Positions 16,625-25,418 are shown, counted from the stretch's first letter. The stretch is DNA of 32,812 bases from Acidimicrobiia bacterium (GCA_041577335.1 JBFGJH010000037.1:1-32812), one strand, 5' to 3'. The notes: a model not told the origin generated them from the sequence alone. Program-made: numbers and translations.

Positions 16625-17098
16625 ATGGGAATGGAGGACGCTCAAGCCGCACGATGGTTGGAAGCAATGCACATGGCCGTCGGGGAGGCTCGCCTCGCGA
16701 CGGATCACGGTGATGTGCCAGTAGGTGCGGTGCTGCTCGATCCTTCTGGCGAGGTGGTGGCCAGCAACCACAACCGGCGCGAGGAGCTTCAGGATCCAAC
16801 CGCCCATGCCGAGATGCTCGTCTTGTCGGCGGCCGCTCGCACCAAGGGAACCTGGCGTCTCGACGAGCACGCTCTCGTCGTCACGCTGGAACCGTGCCCG
16901 ATGTGTGCCGGCGCCGCAGTGTGGGCTCGGCTCGGCACGATCGTCTATGGGTGCGCTGATCCCAAAGCCGGCGCCGCCTGGTCCCTGTACAACATTCCTC
17001 AGGATGCGCGCCTCAACCACCGGGTAGAGCTCGTTGCGGGAATCCGCGAGGAAGAGTGTTCCTCGATGCTGTCTGAGTTCTTCGCTGACCGCCGTTAG
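16625..17098 (+). CDS. tadA: tRNA adenosine(34) deaminase (start may be ATG 16631)
   Basis: DVPVGAV, DPTAHAEM, TLEPCPMCAGA, DPKAGA, LNHR and FFADRR. Confidence 0.93.
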   Translation: MGMEDAQAARWLEAMHMAVGEARLATDHGDVPVGAVLLDPSGEVVASNHNRREELQDPTAHAEMLVLSAAARTKGTWRLDEHALVVTLEPCPMCAGAAVWARLGTIVYGCADPKAGAAWSLYNIPQDARLNHRVELVAGIREEECSSMLSEFFADRR

Positions 17099-17499
17099 GA
17101 GTCGGCTGCAGGCAGCGGCTGGTTCTGCAAGTGGTGTGCCAAAGGGCCGAACTGGGCCATCAGCTCATCAATCAGGCCCTCTTCCACATTGCAGCTTCGC
17201 AGTGTCGACTCCATTGCCTCGAGCCATTGACGTGCACCTTCTTCATCGATCGCAAAGGGGAGATGCCGCATCCGAAGCCGGGGGTGGCCATACCGGGCTG
17301 TGTAGAGCTGGGGGCCGCCGAGCCACCCAGACAGGTACATGAAGAACTTGCGGCGCGTCAGAGTGGTGTCGGCGGGCAGCATGGCGGCCAGACGCGGATA
17401 CGATTCGTCGATCGTGTCGTAGAAGCGGTCCGCCACCGAACGCACCGCATGCTCGCCACCAATCCGTTGGTAGTAGGTATCAGCCACCGCGCTATTCAA
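17095..17499 (-). CDS. Group II truncated hemoglobin
   Basis: YQRIGGE, FY, YLSGWLGGPQLYTARYGHPRLRMRHLPFAID...W. Start could be GTG 17487. Confidence 0.92.
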   Translation of the reverse strand: MNSAVADTYYQRIGGEHAVRSVADRFYDTIDESYPRLAAMLPADTTLTRRKFFMYLSGWLGGPQLYTARYGHPRLRMRHLPFAIDEEGARQWLEAMESTLRSCNVEEGLIDELMAQFGPLAHHLQNQPLPAADS

Positions 17500-17547
17500 C
17501 CAGGCGAGCTGCGCGCGGTATCAGCGACTTGTCATCACGTACTCGGC

Positions 17548-18375
17548 CTACTGGTTCCTCAAAAAGCGCTCTATCTCTTCCACCAGGTCGGCGTCGTCGT
17601 CGACGGCCTCGGCGAGGACCTCTTCCATCTCACGCAAATAGCCGGCTAGTTCATCGTTGTCGGCAACGGCGGCAGCCACCCGAGCTTCCCATTCGGCAAT
17701 TTCGACATCGAGGTCTCCCATCTCCAACTCGAAGCCGCCAAGGATCTGCGCCTTGGCGAGGAGGGCCCGCGAAGCCTTGGGGTTGGCGGTTGATTGCAGA
17801 TAATGAGGGCTGGCCGCCCACAGGCTGCCTGCTGCGAACCCGTCCTTCTTGAGCCATTGGTTGAGCACTCCGATGATTCCTGTTGGGCCTTCGTAGTACG
17901 ACGGGAGGAGGTCGTAGGTGCGCCGGGTCTCGAGGTCATAGGACCCGATCACCGGCACCTCGAGCGTGTGCGGGACCTGGCCAAGGAACGCCCCCAACGT
18001 GATCACGTTGTTGACGTGTACGTCTTTGAGCGCACCCGACAACAGGCGGCAGAAACGTTTCCACTGCAGACGCGGTTCCTCGCCGATGACGAGTATCAAG
18101 TCGCGGCCTCCATTGCTGGCAACGTAGAGCCTCGTATCCGGCCAGTCGATAGTCCGCTCACCAGAATCGGTCGTGGCAACGTGCGGCCTGCTGACCTGAT
18201 GATCATTGAAATCATCATGGTCGACGATGCCAACCAGCCGTGCGGCAGTTGCCTCTCGCACGAAGTCGACAGCTCCCGACGCTGCGTCGCCAGCGTCGTT
18301 CCATCCCTCGAACGCGATCAGCGCCAGCGGATCGTCGAGTGTCGGCACCTCGAGCCACTCCATCGCAGGATCCAT
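17548..18375 (-). CDS. PAC2-family (proteasome assembly chaperone-like) protein
   Basis: AFEGWNDAGDAAS, GEEPRLQW, VPHT, YEGPTGIIGVL, LWAASPHY, EEIERFLR; start trimmed to ATG 18375. Confidence 0.93.
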   Translation of the reverse strand: MDPAMEWLEVPTLDDPLALIAFEGWNDAGDAASGAVDFVREATAARLVGIVDHDDFNDHQVSRPHVATTDSGERTIDWPDTRLYVASNGGRDLILVIGEEPRLQWKRFCRLLSGALKDVHVNNVITLGAFLGQVPHTLEVPVIGSYDLETRRTYDLLPSYYEGPTGIIGVLNQWLKKDGFAAGSLWAASPHYLQSTANPKASRALLAKAQILGGFELEMGDLDVEIAEWEARVAAAVADNDELAGYLREMEEVLAEAVDDDADLVEEIERFLRNQ

Positions 18376-18448
18376 GTCCTCAACGGTAGCGTGACTCACC
18401 GGCTGTATGAATGCCGATGCCGGACACCGACTAAGCAAGAATGGCTCG

Positions 18449-19735
18449 ATGCGTCTAGCACTCGTGATTATCGGTCTGCTCATGGTCCTGACTGCTTGCG
18501 GGGTCGAATCGGCAGGCCCCGACTCCACCCAACCGGCCACCACGCCCGTGGCCACAGGGGTCACGACCGGAACAGCCGACTCGGCCGTCACGAGCGCCCC
18601 GACCACGACAACAACGACGGGTCCGCAAGATCAACAGTCCGTTCCTGCCACCACGACCACAACCGAACCGCTTGCGCCGCTCGAATCGCTCGGCCTGGAG
18701 CTCGTGGCCGACAACATGCGCCGGCCAACGCTCGTGGTGTCCCCCATCGATGATCCACGCAGGTTCGTTCTCTTGCAGGGCGGGACCATTGCCATCGTCG
18801 ACGAAGCGGGGTCAACACTCGATGAACCGTTTCTCGATATCTCCGACGAGGTGAACGACAACGGCATCGAACAGGGATTACTCGGCATGGCATTCCATCC
18901 GGAGTACGTCACCAATGGGCGGTTCTATGTGTATTACTCCATCGCCAACAACGACACCCGCCTCGTGGAAATGCGGGTTGGTGAGGATCCAAATCGTGCT
19001 GATCCTTCCACCGCCGAGGTGCTGCTCGAGGTCGTTCAACCGACCGACCGCCACAACGCCGGCATGCTGCAATTTGGGCCGGACGGATATCTGTACGTTT
19101 CGTTGGGCGAAGGAGGAGCTGCGTCGGAGAACGCCCAGAATTCCAACACGCTGTTGGGTTCAATCCTTCGAATAGACGTCGATGGTGGCGCTCCATACGC
19201 CGTCCCGGCCGATAACCCATTTGTTGACGGCGAGGCGCCCGAGGTGTGGGCGATCGGACTTCGTAACCCATGGCGATTCTCTATCGACCCGGCCACGGAG
19301 ACGATGTTCATCGCAGACGTCGGGCACTCGGACTGGGAGGAGATCAACGCCGTCCCCCTGGCCCCAGTGGGATACAACTTCGGGTGGCTCCCGATGGAAG
19401 GCACGCGATGCTTCCAGGCCGGGTGCGACACAAGCGGTAAGACCTTGCCGGTGCTCGAGTACAGCCACAGCGAAGGCTGCTCAATATCCGGAGGCTTCGT
19501 ATATCGGGGGAAAGCCATCCCTGAGATCGACGGACACTATTTCTACAGCGACTGGTGCCAGGGTTGGATCCGCAGTTTCCGGCTCGACGGATCAGAGGTT
19601 GTCGACGAGACCGACTGGACCGAGGAGCTCGGTTCGCCAGGTCAGGTGACCAGCTTCGGCACAGACGCCGCCGGCGAGCTCTACGTCACGACGTGGGACG
19701 GGTTGGTCTTCAAAATCGTCGCCGTCCGCAACTGA
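18449..19735 (+). CDS. PQQ-dependent glucose/sorbosone dehydrogenase family lipoprotein
   Basis: Lipobox LTAC; Thr-rich linker; EQGLLGMAFHP, HNAGMLQFGPDGYLY, GLRNPWRFS and NFGW. Confidence 0.92.
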   Translation: MRLALVIIGLLMVLTACGVESAGPDSTQPATTPVATGVTTGTADSAVTSAPTTTTTTGPQDQQSVPATTTTTEPLAPLESLGLELVADNMRRPTLVVSPIDDPRRFVLLQGGTIAIVDEAGSTLDEPFLDISDEVNDNGIEQGLLGMAFHPEYVTNGRFYVYYSIANNDTRLVEMRVGEDPNRADPSTAEVLLEVVQPTDRHNAGMLQFGPDGYLYVSLGEGGAASENAQNSNTLLGSILRIDVDGGAPYAVPADNPFVDGEAPEVWAIGLRNPWRFSIDPATETMFIADVGHSDWEEINAVPLAPVGYNFGWLPMEGTRCFQAGCDTSGKTLPVLEYSHSEGCSISGGFVYRGKAIPEIDGHYFYSDWCQGWIRSFRLDGSEVVDETDWTEELGSPGQVTSFGTDAAGELYVTTWDGLVFKIVAVRN

Positions 19736-19739
19736 CCGG

Positions 19740-20636
19740 TCACCACGTTTCGCCTTCGTAGTAGGGAAAGCCGTGGCTCAACCACGCCGCCTTCATGCGG
19801 CCAATCTCGTCCACGGGGACCAGATCGCGCCAGGCGTACGGCATCATGCCACTCGGCTGGCTGACCGTATACGGAGCATCATTGATCTCGCCTGCCGACG
19901 ACCTGCGTGCGACGTGCATCTCCGAAGCAGGTGTCCACGTGAGCTCCACGAACTGATAGAGGTCCCGGAACTCCTCGACGGGATCGACGCAGAGGTCCTC
20001 GTATAGGACGACCTGATGATCGGAGTGATCAGCGAGGGCGGCGAGGCACGTTTGGAGAGCAATCGCCTGGAGGTTCACTGAGTCGACCCAGCCGGATCCG
20101 CCGGCAGGCGGTACCAGATGCTTGGGTAGGCGCTGCTCGAGCGCCGCGCCCCAACCCAGCTTCTCAAACGATGCTGCGACCGCTGCGGGGTGCCGGAGAA
20201 GGTACACGACTGTGGGACCCAACTCCTTGATCAGCCACGGAAGTGCGAACGGGTTGACCTCCTTGATCACGACACGGCGGCTCCGTCGCGTGGGGAGACG
20301 CCATTGATCGATGTCGCGGACAATCTTGCTGTTGAAAGCAGGCACCGCGCTGTCGATCGAGCGGACCGCAGTCTGGTACGAGTCGGGGATGTTCGACTCG
20401 TCGAACCAACGGAAAGATAGGCCGGCCCGGCCCTGCGCATCCAGGAACGATTGGGTGAGGGGCTCACGGAGGTACATGGCTTGCGGCGAGTTTCCGAGTA
20501 CGTCGCCCACCCAGCTGGAGCCGGAGCGCGGCATAGAGACGACCAGCACAGGTGGCCGCCGATGCGACAGCAAGGCTGTCACGAGCGTTCGCTGCCATCC
20601 CTTGTTTACCCAGGCCACCGGAGATTCAAGACTCAT
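19740..20636 (-). CDS. Sulfotransferase family protein
   Basis: 5'-PSB motif SMPRSGSSW, YLREP, 3'-PB motif LLRHPAAVAAS, and YEDLCVDP. Start uncertain; ATG 20636 chosen. Confidence 0.85.
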   Translation of the reverse strand: MSLESPVAWVNKGWQRTLVTALLSHRRPPVLVVSMPRSGSSWVGDVLGNSPQAMYLREPLTQSFLDAQGRAGLSFRWFDESNIPDSYQTAVRSIDSAVPAFNSKIVRDIDQWRLPTRRSRRVVIKEVNPFALPWLIKELGPTVVYLLRHPAAVAASFEKLGWGAALEQRLPKHLVPPAGGSGWVDSVNLQAIALQTCLAALADHSDHQVVLYEDLCVDPVEEFRDLYQFVELTWTPASEMHVARRSSAGEINDAPYTVSQPSGMMPYAWRDLVPVDEIGRMKAAWLSHGFPYYEGETW

Positions 20637-20869
20637 CGAGGCCGATGTTGGCACATCCAGTCCGAGCCGGTGACTGCGCTCGGCGCGCCAGCCGAACATC
20701 CGGTTGAAATGTGCGCGGGCCCGAGGCTCCACCGGGGGTGAGCCAAACAAGCCGAAGCCTCACCAGGCGGAGTGAGTCGATCGGATCGGGTTCCGATCCC
20801 AACTGTCTTCGGCGTGCCGGCGATGCCACAGCAAGACTCACTGCTTCGCAGGAGGAGACCCGGCGGATT

Positions 20870-20996
20870 GCTCGAGGGACAGAGGCCTGCCCGAGCCCTC
20901 GATGCGGAGTGCCCCGGCGTGAAGGTCGCAACCCGGGCGATGAGCGGCGCCCGACGGCGCCTCGAACGGAATCAACCCGGGGCCTGCCCCGGGTTG
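20870..20996. repeat. Modular hairpin repeat downstream of tRNA-Ser(CGA), homologous to 23702-23831
   Basis: gctcgagggacagaggcctgcccgagccctcg...atgagcggcgcccgacggcgcc followed by hairpin CAACCCGGGG-CCTG-CCCCGGGTTG. Confidence 0.7.
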
Positions 20997-21004
20997 TGTG
21001 TCAG

Positions 21005-21093
21005 CGGAGGGGGTGGGATTCGAACCCACGAAGGGCGTAAACCCTTACGGCATTTCGAGTGCCGCGCACTAGGCCAGACTATGCGACCCCTCC
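21005..21093 (-). tRNA. tRNA-Ser(CGA), CCA not encoded
   Basis: Anticodon arm CGGCA-CTCGAAA-TGCCG; long variable arm; G73. TACAAT -10 at 21106-21111. Confidence 0.97.
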
Positions 21094-21152
21094 AGTGGAC
21101 CCGAGATTGTAACCAGCAACGCCCGGCCACCCGAGAGGCCCGGGCGGTTTGT

Positions 21153-21201
21153 GCGTCTCGAGTCGTGGATCTCGCGTCTCGAGTCGTGGGTCTCGAGTGG
21201 G
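21153..21201. repeat. Heptamer-based tandem repeat (21-bp higher-order unit, about 2.3 copies)
   Basis: gcgtctc gagtcgt ggatctc / gcgtctc gagtcgt gggtctc / gagtggg. Confidence 0.8.
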
Positions 21202-21223
21202 CCTGCCCTTTGGGCCTGTGTCT

Positions 21224-21494
21224 TCCGTGCGCCCCTGCCGTCGAGCGACAGCCAGCAAGCGCGTTCTCGGTCGCCAGCTCGGATCAGGCACCCCCATGTC
21301 ACCCAAGGCTTACCGCTTAAGGCTGCTTCCTTCCGGACCTGACCTGGTTCGCGGGGCCTCGCCGCATCGGACCCAATCTGTCAACACCGCGTGCCGAGTG
21401 CTGACCTCATCGGCTATCGCCCTCGGGCAGGGATTCGGTCTCGCATAAGAGGATTTCGAGTACAGGGCACCCCTACCGCCCCACCTAGCACGGA
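21224..21494 (-). ncRNA. ffs: Signal recognition particle RNA, large (Alu-domain) type
   Basis: Helix 8 core GAACCAGGUCAGGUCCGGAAGGAAGCAGC. 5' CCGUGCUAGGUGGGGCGGUAGGGGUGCCCUGUA...CCGAAUCCC resembles Bacillus scRNA. Ends pair (UCCGUGC/GCACGGA). TAAGAT -10 at 21501-21506. Confidence 0.95.
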
Positions 21495-21536
21495 TGCGAC
21501 ATCTTAGACCGCCCACCACACCCCCCATCCACATCT

Positions 21537-21680
21537 GAACCCGGGGTACAACCCCGGGTTCAGCGTTTCAAAAATGCAACGCTGAGCCCTCAGAATGGCC
21601 GTGCCAACGGTTGCGCGTTGAACTCGGAGGCCCACCGTTGCAAAAACGCGACGCTGAACCCCGGGTTCAACCCGGGGTTC
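21537..21680. repeat. 144-bp inverted-repeat element (MITE- or REPIN-like) with self-palindromic ends
   Basis: Left end gaacccggggtacaaccccgggttcagcgt...tgcaacg; reverse complement of right end gaaccccgggttgaacccggggttcagcgt...tgcaacg. Confidence 0.75.
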
Positions 21681-22308
21681 GTGCCAGAACGGCGCCGTAG
21701 ACGAAACCGAGGGGGCCCATGCGCCACATATCGACGACGGACATGGGTGCGCGCGCATAGAGCGCTTCGGGTGGAGGCAGCTTGTCGAGGCTTTCGTGCA
21801 GAAACTGATACTCCTCACGTCCTCCAACCGTGGCGCCGGCGACTGGTAGCACGACCGACGTCCCCACCCGGTGAACCTTGGCCAGTTGCGCATTGCGGGG
21901 ACGGGTGAGGTCGATGATCACTGCCCGGCCTCCAGGGCGCAGGACTCGGTTCACTTCAGAAAGCGTCGCCGGGACCGAATCAACATTGCGAAATACATAG
22001 GCCGAGAAGACGCCGTCGAACGATGCATCGCGAAACGGAAGGTGCTCACCGACGCCGATCACTCGCTGCCGTATCGGGCTGAGATCGAGCATCCGAGGCT
22101 CAGGATCCAGCGCTACGAGATCGGAGTCACCGAAGATCGGGGCTGCTGCGCCAGTACCAGAGCCCAGATCGAGAATGCGTCCCGCAGGCAGGTAGGCGGC
22201 GCCGCGGCGACGCCAGTTCTGTTCTTGCCCGAGTGACAGAAGCCGATTCAGCAGGTCGTAGCGAGCTGCGATTTGGCTGAAATCGGCGCCCAAACGGCCC
22301 TCACCCAC
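21667..22308 (-). CDS. UbiE/MenG-family SAM-dependent methyltransferase
   Basis: FSQIAARYDLLNRLLSLGQEQNWRR, ILDLGSGTG, LPFRDASFD, FRNV, RVLRPGG. Probable GTG start at 22308 overlaps the serS stop. Confidence 0.88.
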   Translation of the reverse strand: MGEGRLGADFSQIAARYDLLNRLLSLGQEQNWRRRGAAYLPAGRILDLGSGTGAAAPIFGDSDLVALDPEPRMLDLSPIRQRVIGVGEHLPFRDASFDGVFSAYVFRNVDSVPATLSEVNRVLRPGGRAVIIDLTRPRNAQLAKVHRVGTSVVLPVAGATVGGREEYQFLHESLDKLPPPEALYARAPMSVVDMWRMGPLGFVYGAVLARTPG

Positions 22309-23557
22309 CCAGCCGATCGAAACCGGCGTAGGGCCGGAGGACTTCTGGAATGACCACCGTGCCATCGGCCTCCTGGAAATTCTCCATGATCGCAAGCAGT
22401 GTGCGGCCGACCGCAACAGCAGTGCCGTTCAGCGTGTGCACGAACTGGTTTCCTTCGTCGCTCTTGTACCGAACCTTCAGGCGCCTCGCTTGGAAATCAG
22501 TGGTGTTGGAGCACGAGGTGATCTCGCGAAACGCCTGCTGGGAAGGGATCCACGCTTCGATGTCGTATTTCTTGGCGGCCGGGGCACCGAGGTCACCGGC
22601 CGCGACATTCACCACTCGGTAGGGAATCTCGAGTGCCTGGACAATGCGCTCCTCGAGCGAGAAGAGGAGCTCGTGCTCGTCCCAGGAAGCATCGGGATGG
22701 ACGAACGCAAACATCTCGACCTTGTCGAACTGGTGCACTCGGAAGATCCCTCTGGTGTCTTTTCCATAGGTACCAGCTTCTCGCCGGAAGCAGGTCGAGA
22801 AGCCGACGTAGCGAGCCGGCAGCTCTTCTTCGGCGAAGATGTGGTCGGCGTGGAGTGCGGCCAAAGGCACCTCGGCCGTGCCAACCAGGTAGAGCTCGTC
22901 GTCGCCGATCGAGTAGACCTGTTCGCGTGCCTCAGGGAAAAAGCCGGTGCCAAACAAGGCCGGTTCGCGGACGAGCACCGGTGGAACCACGGGCGTGAAC
23001 CCCTCATTGCCCAATGTCTCGAGTGCCCATCGGACGAGGGCGAACTCCAAGAAAACGGCCTGGCCTTTGAGGTAGGCAAACCGCGACCCCGAGACACGAG
23101 CACCGGCCTCGACATCGATGACGCCCAGGGCTTCGCCAAGGTCCTGGTGATCGCGCACCTCGAAATCCATCGTTCGCGGCGTCCCCCACTGCTTGATCTC
23201 GACGTTGTACTCGTCGGTATCACCGTCGGGCGCCGACTCGTGCGCCACGTTGGGCACCTGGATCCACAGTGCCTGGAACTCCTCCGCGGCGGCGTCGGCT
23301 TCGGCCGATAGCCGCTTGTACTCCTCGGACAGCTGCGCGGCCCGCTCGATGGCGTCGGCTTTGGCGTCGCTTTCGAGCCCGGCGATTTCCTTGCCGATGT
23401 TCCGCTGCTCGGCCCGGACTTCCTCTGCCTGACGCCTCACCCGACGAATGGACTCATCGAGGTCGACCATCCGGTCTACGTCGAGCGTCATCCCGCGCCG
23501 ACCGATGGAGCGTTTCAGCCCTGCTGGGTCTTCACGGAGAAATGCAATGTCGATCAT
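22301..23557 (-). CDS. serS: Serine--tRNA ligase
   Basis: MIDIAFLRED, YLVGTAEVPL, CFRREAGTYGKDTRGIFRVHQFDKVE, EITSCSN and HTLNGTA; start trimmed to ATG 23557. Confidence 0.98.
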   Translation of the reverse strand: MIDIAFLREDPAGLKRSIGRRGMTLDVDRMVDLDESIRRVRRQAEEVRAEQRNIGKEIAGLESDAKADAIERAAQLSEEYKRLSAEADAAAEEFQALWIQVPNVAHESAPDGDTDEYNVEIKQWGTPRTMDFEVRDHQDLGEALGVIDVEAGARVSGSRFAYLKGQAVFLEFALVRWALETLGNEGFTPVVPPVLVREPALFGTGFFPEAREQVYSIGDDELYLVGTAEVPLAALHADHIFAEEELPARYVGFSTCFRREAGTYGKDTRGIFRVHQFDKVEMFAFVHPDASWDEHELLFSLEERIVQALEIPYRVVNVAAGDLGAPAAKKYDIEAWIPSQQAFREITSCSNTTDFQARRLKVRYKSDEGNQFVHTLNGTAVAVGRTLLAIMENFQEADGTVVIPEVLRPYAGFDRLGG

Positions 23558-23701
23558 CAGGCCCGCCTCGGTGTCGTGCCCGAGCAGATTACCCGAGCCC
23601 CACCCCACCCCTGCCACGATTGGTGCCAAGCCGGCGATAGCAACGAACGTTCTCCCCTCGGGCGACGCGACCCCCGGCCTACTGGCAGCGACGTGCGAGG
23701 A

Positions 23702-23831
23702 GCTCGAGGGGGCAGAGGCTCAGCCGGAGCCGCTCGCTGGGAGGCACGGGGGCGTGTACGCCGTGCCGACAAGAAGAGCGTCGCCGACGGGCAGCTCCCG
23801 AAAGAACTCGATCGGATCAGGATCCGATCGA
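23702..23831. repeat. Modular hairpin repeat upstream of serS
   Basis: gctcgagggggcagaggctcagccggagccgctcg...aagagcgtcgccgacgggcagc followed by perfect hairpin TCGATCGGAT-CAGG-ATCCGATCGA. Confidence 0.7.
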
Positions 23832-23834
23832 GAC

Positions 23835-24854
23835 TCACCCCTCGACCGGCGCGGCCTCGGCGATGAAGAGCTCGAGTTTGGTGGGGCTGCCGGTGTTCAC
23901 CGCTATCAATCCGACATCGAGGAGATAGAACGTGCCACCGGTCACCGGAATGTCGGCGAAGATCACCGTGGTTTCTGCCTGGCTCTCGAGCACATCCAGC
24001 CTGACTTGCTCGGAGGCAATCCTCGCCCCTCCCCCGTCGTCCACCGTGAGCAGGACCAACACGTTTTCTTCTGCGACGTTTCCGCGGTTGGCGACGACGA
24101 CCTGCACCTCGAGCGTGTCGGTATAGGGCAGTCGGTCGATCCCACCTTGCTCGCCGCCGGTCGCTTCGGGGATCGTGAGGATGTTCGCAGCCACGACGCC
24201 TCGCACACCTTGCAGATCGACAGCTGATGCAATCCGCCCGCCGAGCGCATCGAGAAACGCCGGCGTGCCTGCTCCTGGCGGCAAATAGCTGGCGTCGGGG
24301 AGCTCGGACTCCGGCAACCCGAGCTCGATGCGAAGCTGCTCGATCTCGATGAGGAGGATGTCGTAGAGAACGTCGCCGGACTGCATGAGCCCGATCGCTT
24401 CGCCGAGGCGGTTGATCGAGACCGGGTTGTCGGGCGCGTCGACGAGCTCGAGAGAAGCTTCCTCGAACAGATCGACGCCGGCCTGCCACTGGCCCAGCAT
24501 CGCCAGCGCGAGCCGCTGAGCACCCTCGACCCGGCCCGGAAGCTCGGATTCCTCGGTATCCGGCGTGAGCTCGGTGATCGACCGAACCAAAGACGCATCG
24601 ATCTGCGTCATGAGGTCGGTGAATTGGTCACGGTCGACAGTGATTTCGGACGATACGAGCGTCCGCATGTCATTTGACGTTGCGGATTGTTGAGCGGCGA
24701 CTGAGCGCACATCGTCGTAGAACGCCATGGCACCCAGGTTCTCGCTCGACAAGTTGCCCACAGCCAAGAACACGACCACGACGGTCACGAGGATCGCCGG
24801 AAAGAGCCAGCGCTTGCGGCGGCGTCGGTTTGGGGCGTCGAACTCCGGGAACAT
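23835..24854 (-). CDS. Hypothetical membrane-anchored protein with helical region and C-terminal CARDB/Ig-like domain
   Basis: RRRRKR followed by a TM segment; acidic helical body; VQVVVANRGNVAEENVLV beta-sandwich; start ATG 24854. Confidence 0.75.
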   Translation of the reverse strand: MFPEFDAPNRRRRKRWLFPAILVTVVVVFLAVGNLSSENLGAMAFYDDVRSVAAQQSATSNDMRTLVSSEITVDRDQFTDLMTQIDASLVRSITELTPDTEESELPGRVEGAQRLALAMLGQWQAGVDLFEEASLELVDAPDNPVSINRLGEAIGLMQSGDVLYDILLIEIEQLRIELGLPESELPDASYLPPGAGTPAFLDALGGRIASAVDLQGVRGVVAANILTIPEATGGEQGGIDRLPYTDTLEVQVVVANRGNVAEENVLVLLTVDDGGGARIASEQVRLDVLESQAETTVIFADIPVTGGTFYLLDVGLIAVNTGSPTKLELFIAEAAPVEG

Positions 24855-24960
24855 GACGCACCAGGGTATATCGCCTTCCGAACAGTAGGACGCGGAGAAC
24901 ACTCTTTGTCTCGGCCCGACTCGGATGGCGACAAGACTCCGCCGACGCCGACCGCGAGTA

Positions 24961-25316
24961 CTCACTCTGCTCTCGGGGCAGGAGTTCTGACCGGCAAATA
25001 TCGCCGCGATCAAGCACCACCACCTGGGAGCCTCGTCGAAATCGGCTACCTCGATCCGGTGAGCCCTACGCTGCATGACGCCCTCGACCGGTTGCGAGCA
25101 GCGGCCGAAGATCAGGGCACGACGACCGGCACCTTGGCCCTGGCCTGGCTCATCGGTCGACCAGACGTCGCCGCAATCACGACCGCACCATCACGAACCA
25201 GCCCACATCTCTCCCTCGCCGATGAGGCACTGCGCATTCATGTCAGCGCAGAAGAAGCAGCTACCTGGAGTTCCTGGTTCTTCGATGCCATCTCCGCTGG
25301 TGAGTCATCCGAGTGA
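24961..25316 (+). pseudogene. Aldo/keto reductase C-terminal fragment (5'-truncated)
   Basis: HSALGAGVLTGKYRRDQAPPPGS and TLALAWLIGRPDVAA are AKR C-terminal motifs. The N-terminal catalytic half is absent and there is no room for it. Confidence 0.7.
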
Positions 25317-25418
25317 GACGGCCGCCTGTCGGGTTGGAAGAGCACCCTTGGGAGGTCGATGCGGCGGCGCCCAGATCTTGCCCCTGACTTGACGAAACGT
25401 CGTGATTCCCACAACGAG

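Noticed and set aside
16517..21093. Genomic island bounded by attL/attR tRNA repeats
   Set aside because: Both are complete tRNAs with different anticodons; the segment holds core tadA and no integrase.
23558..23834. T-box riboswitch upstream of serS (UGGCACC is present on the minus strand)
   Set aside because: Flanks cannot form the antiterminator helices, and no stem I AG/GNUG boxes or specifier loop were found.
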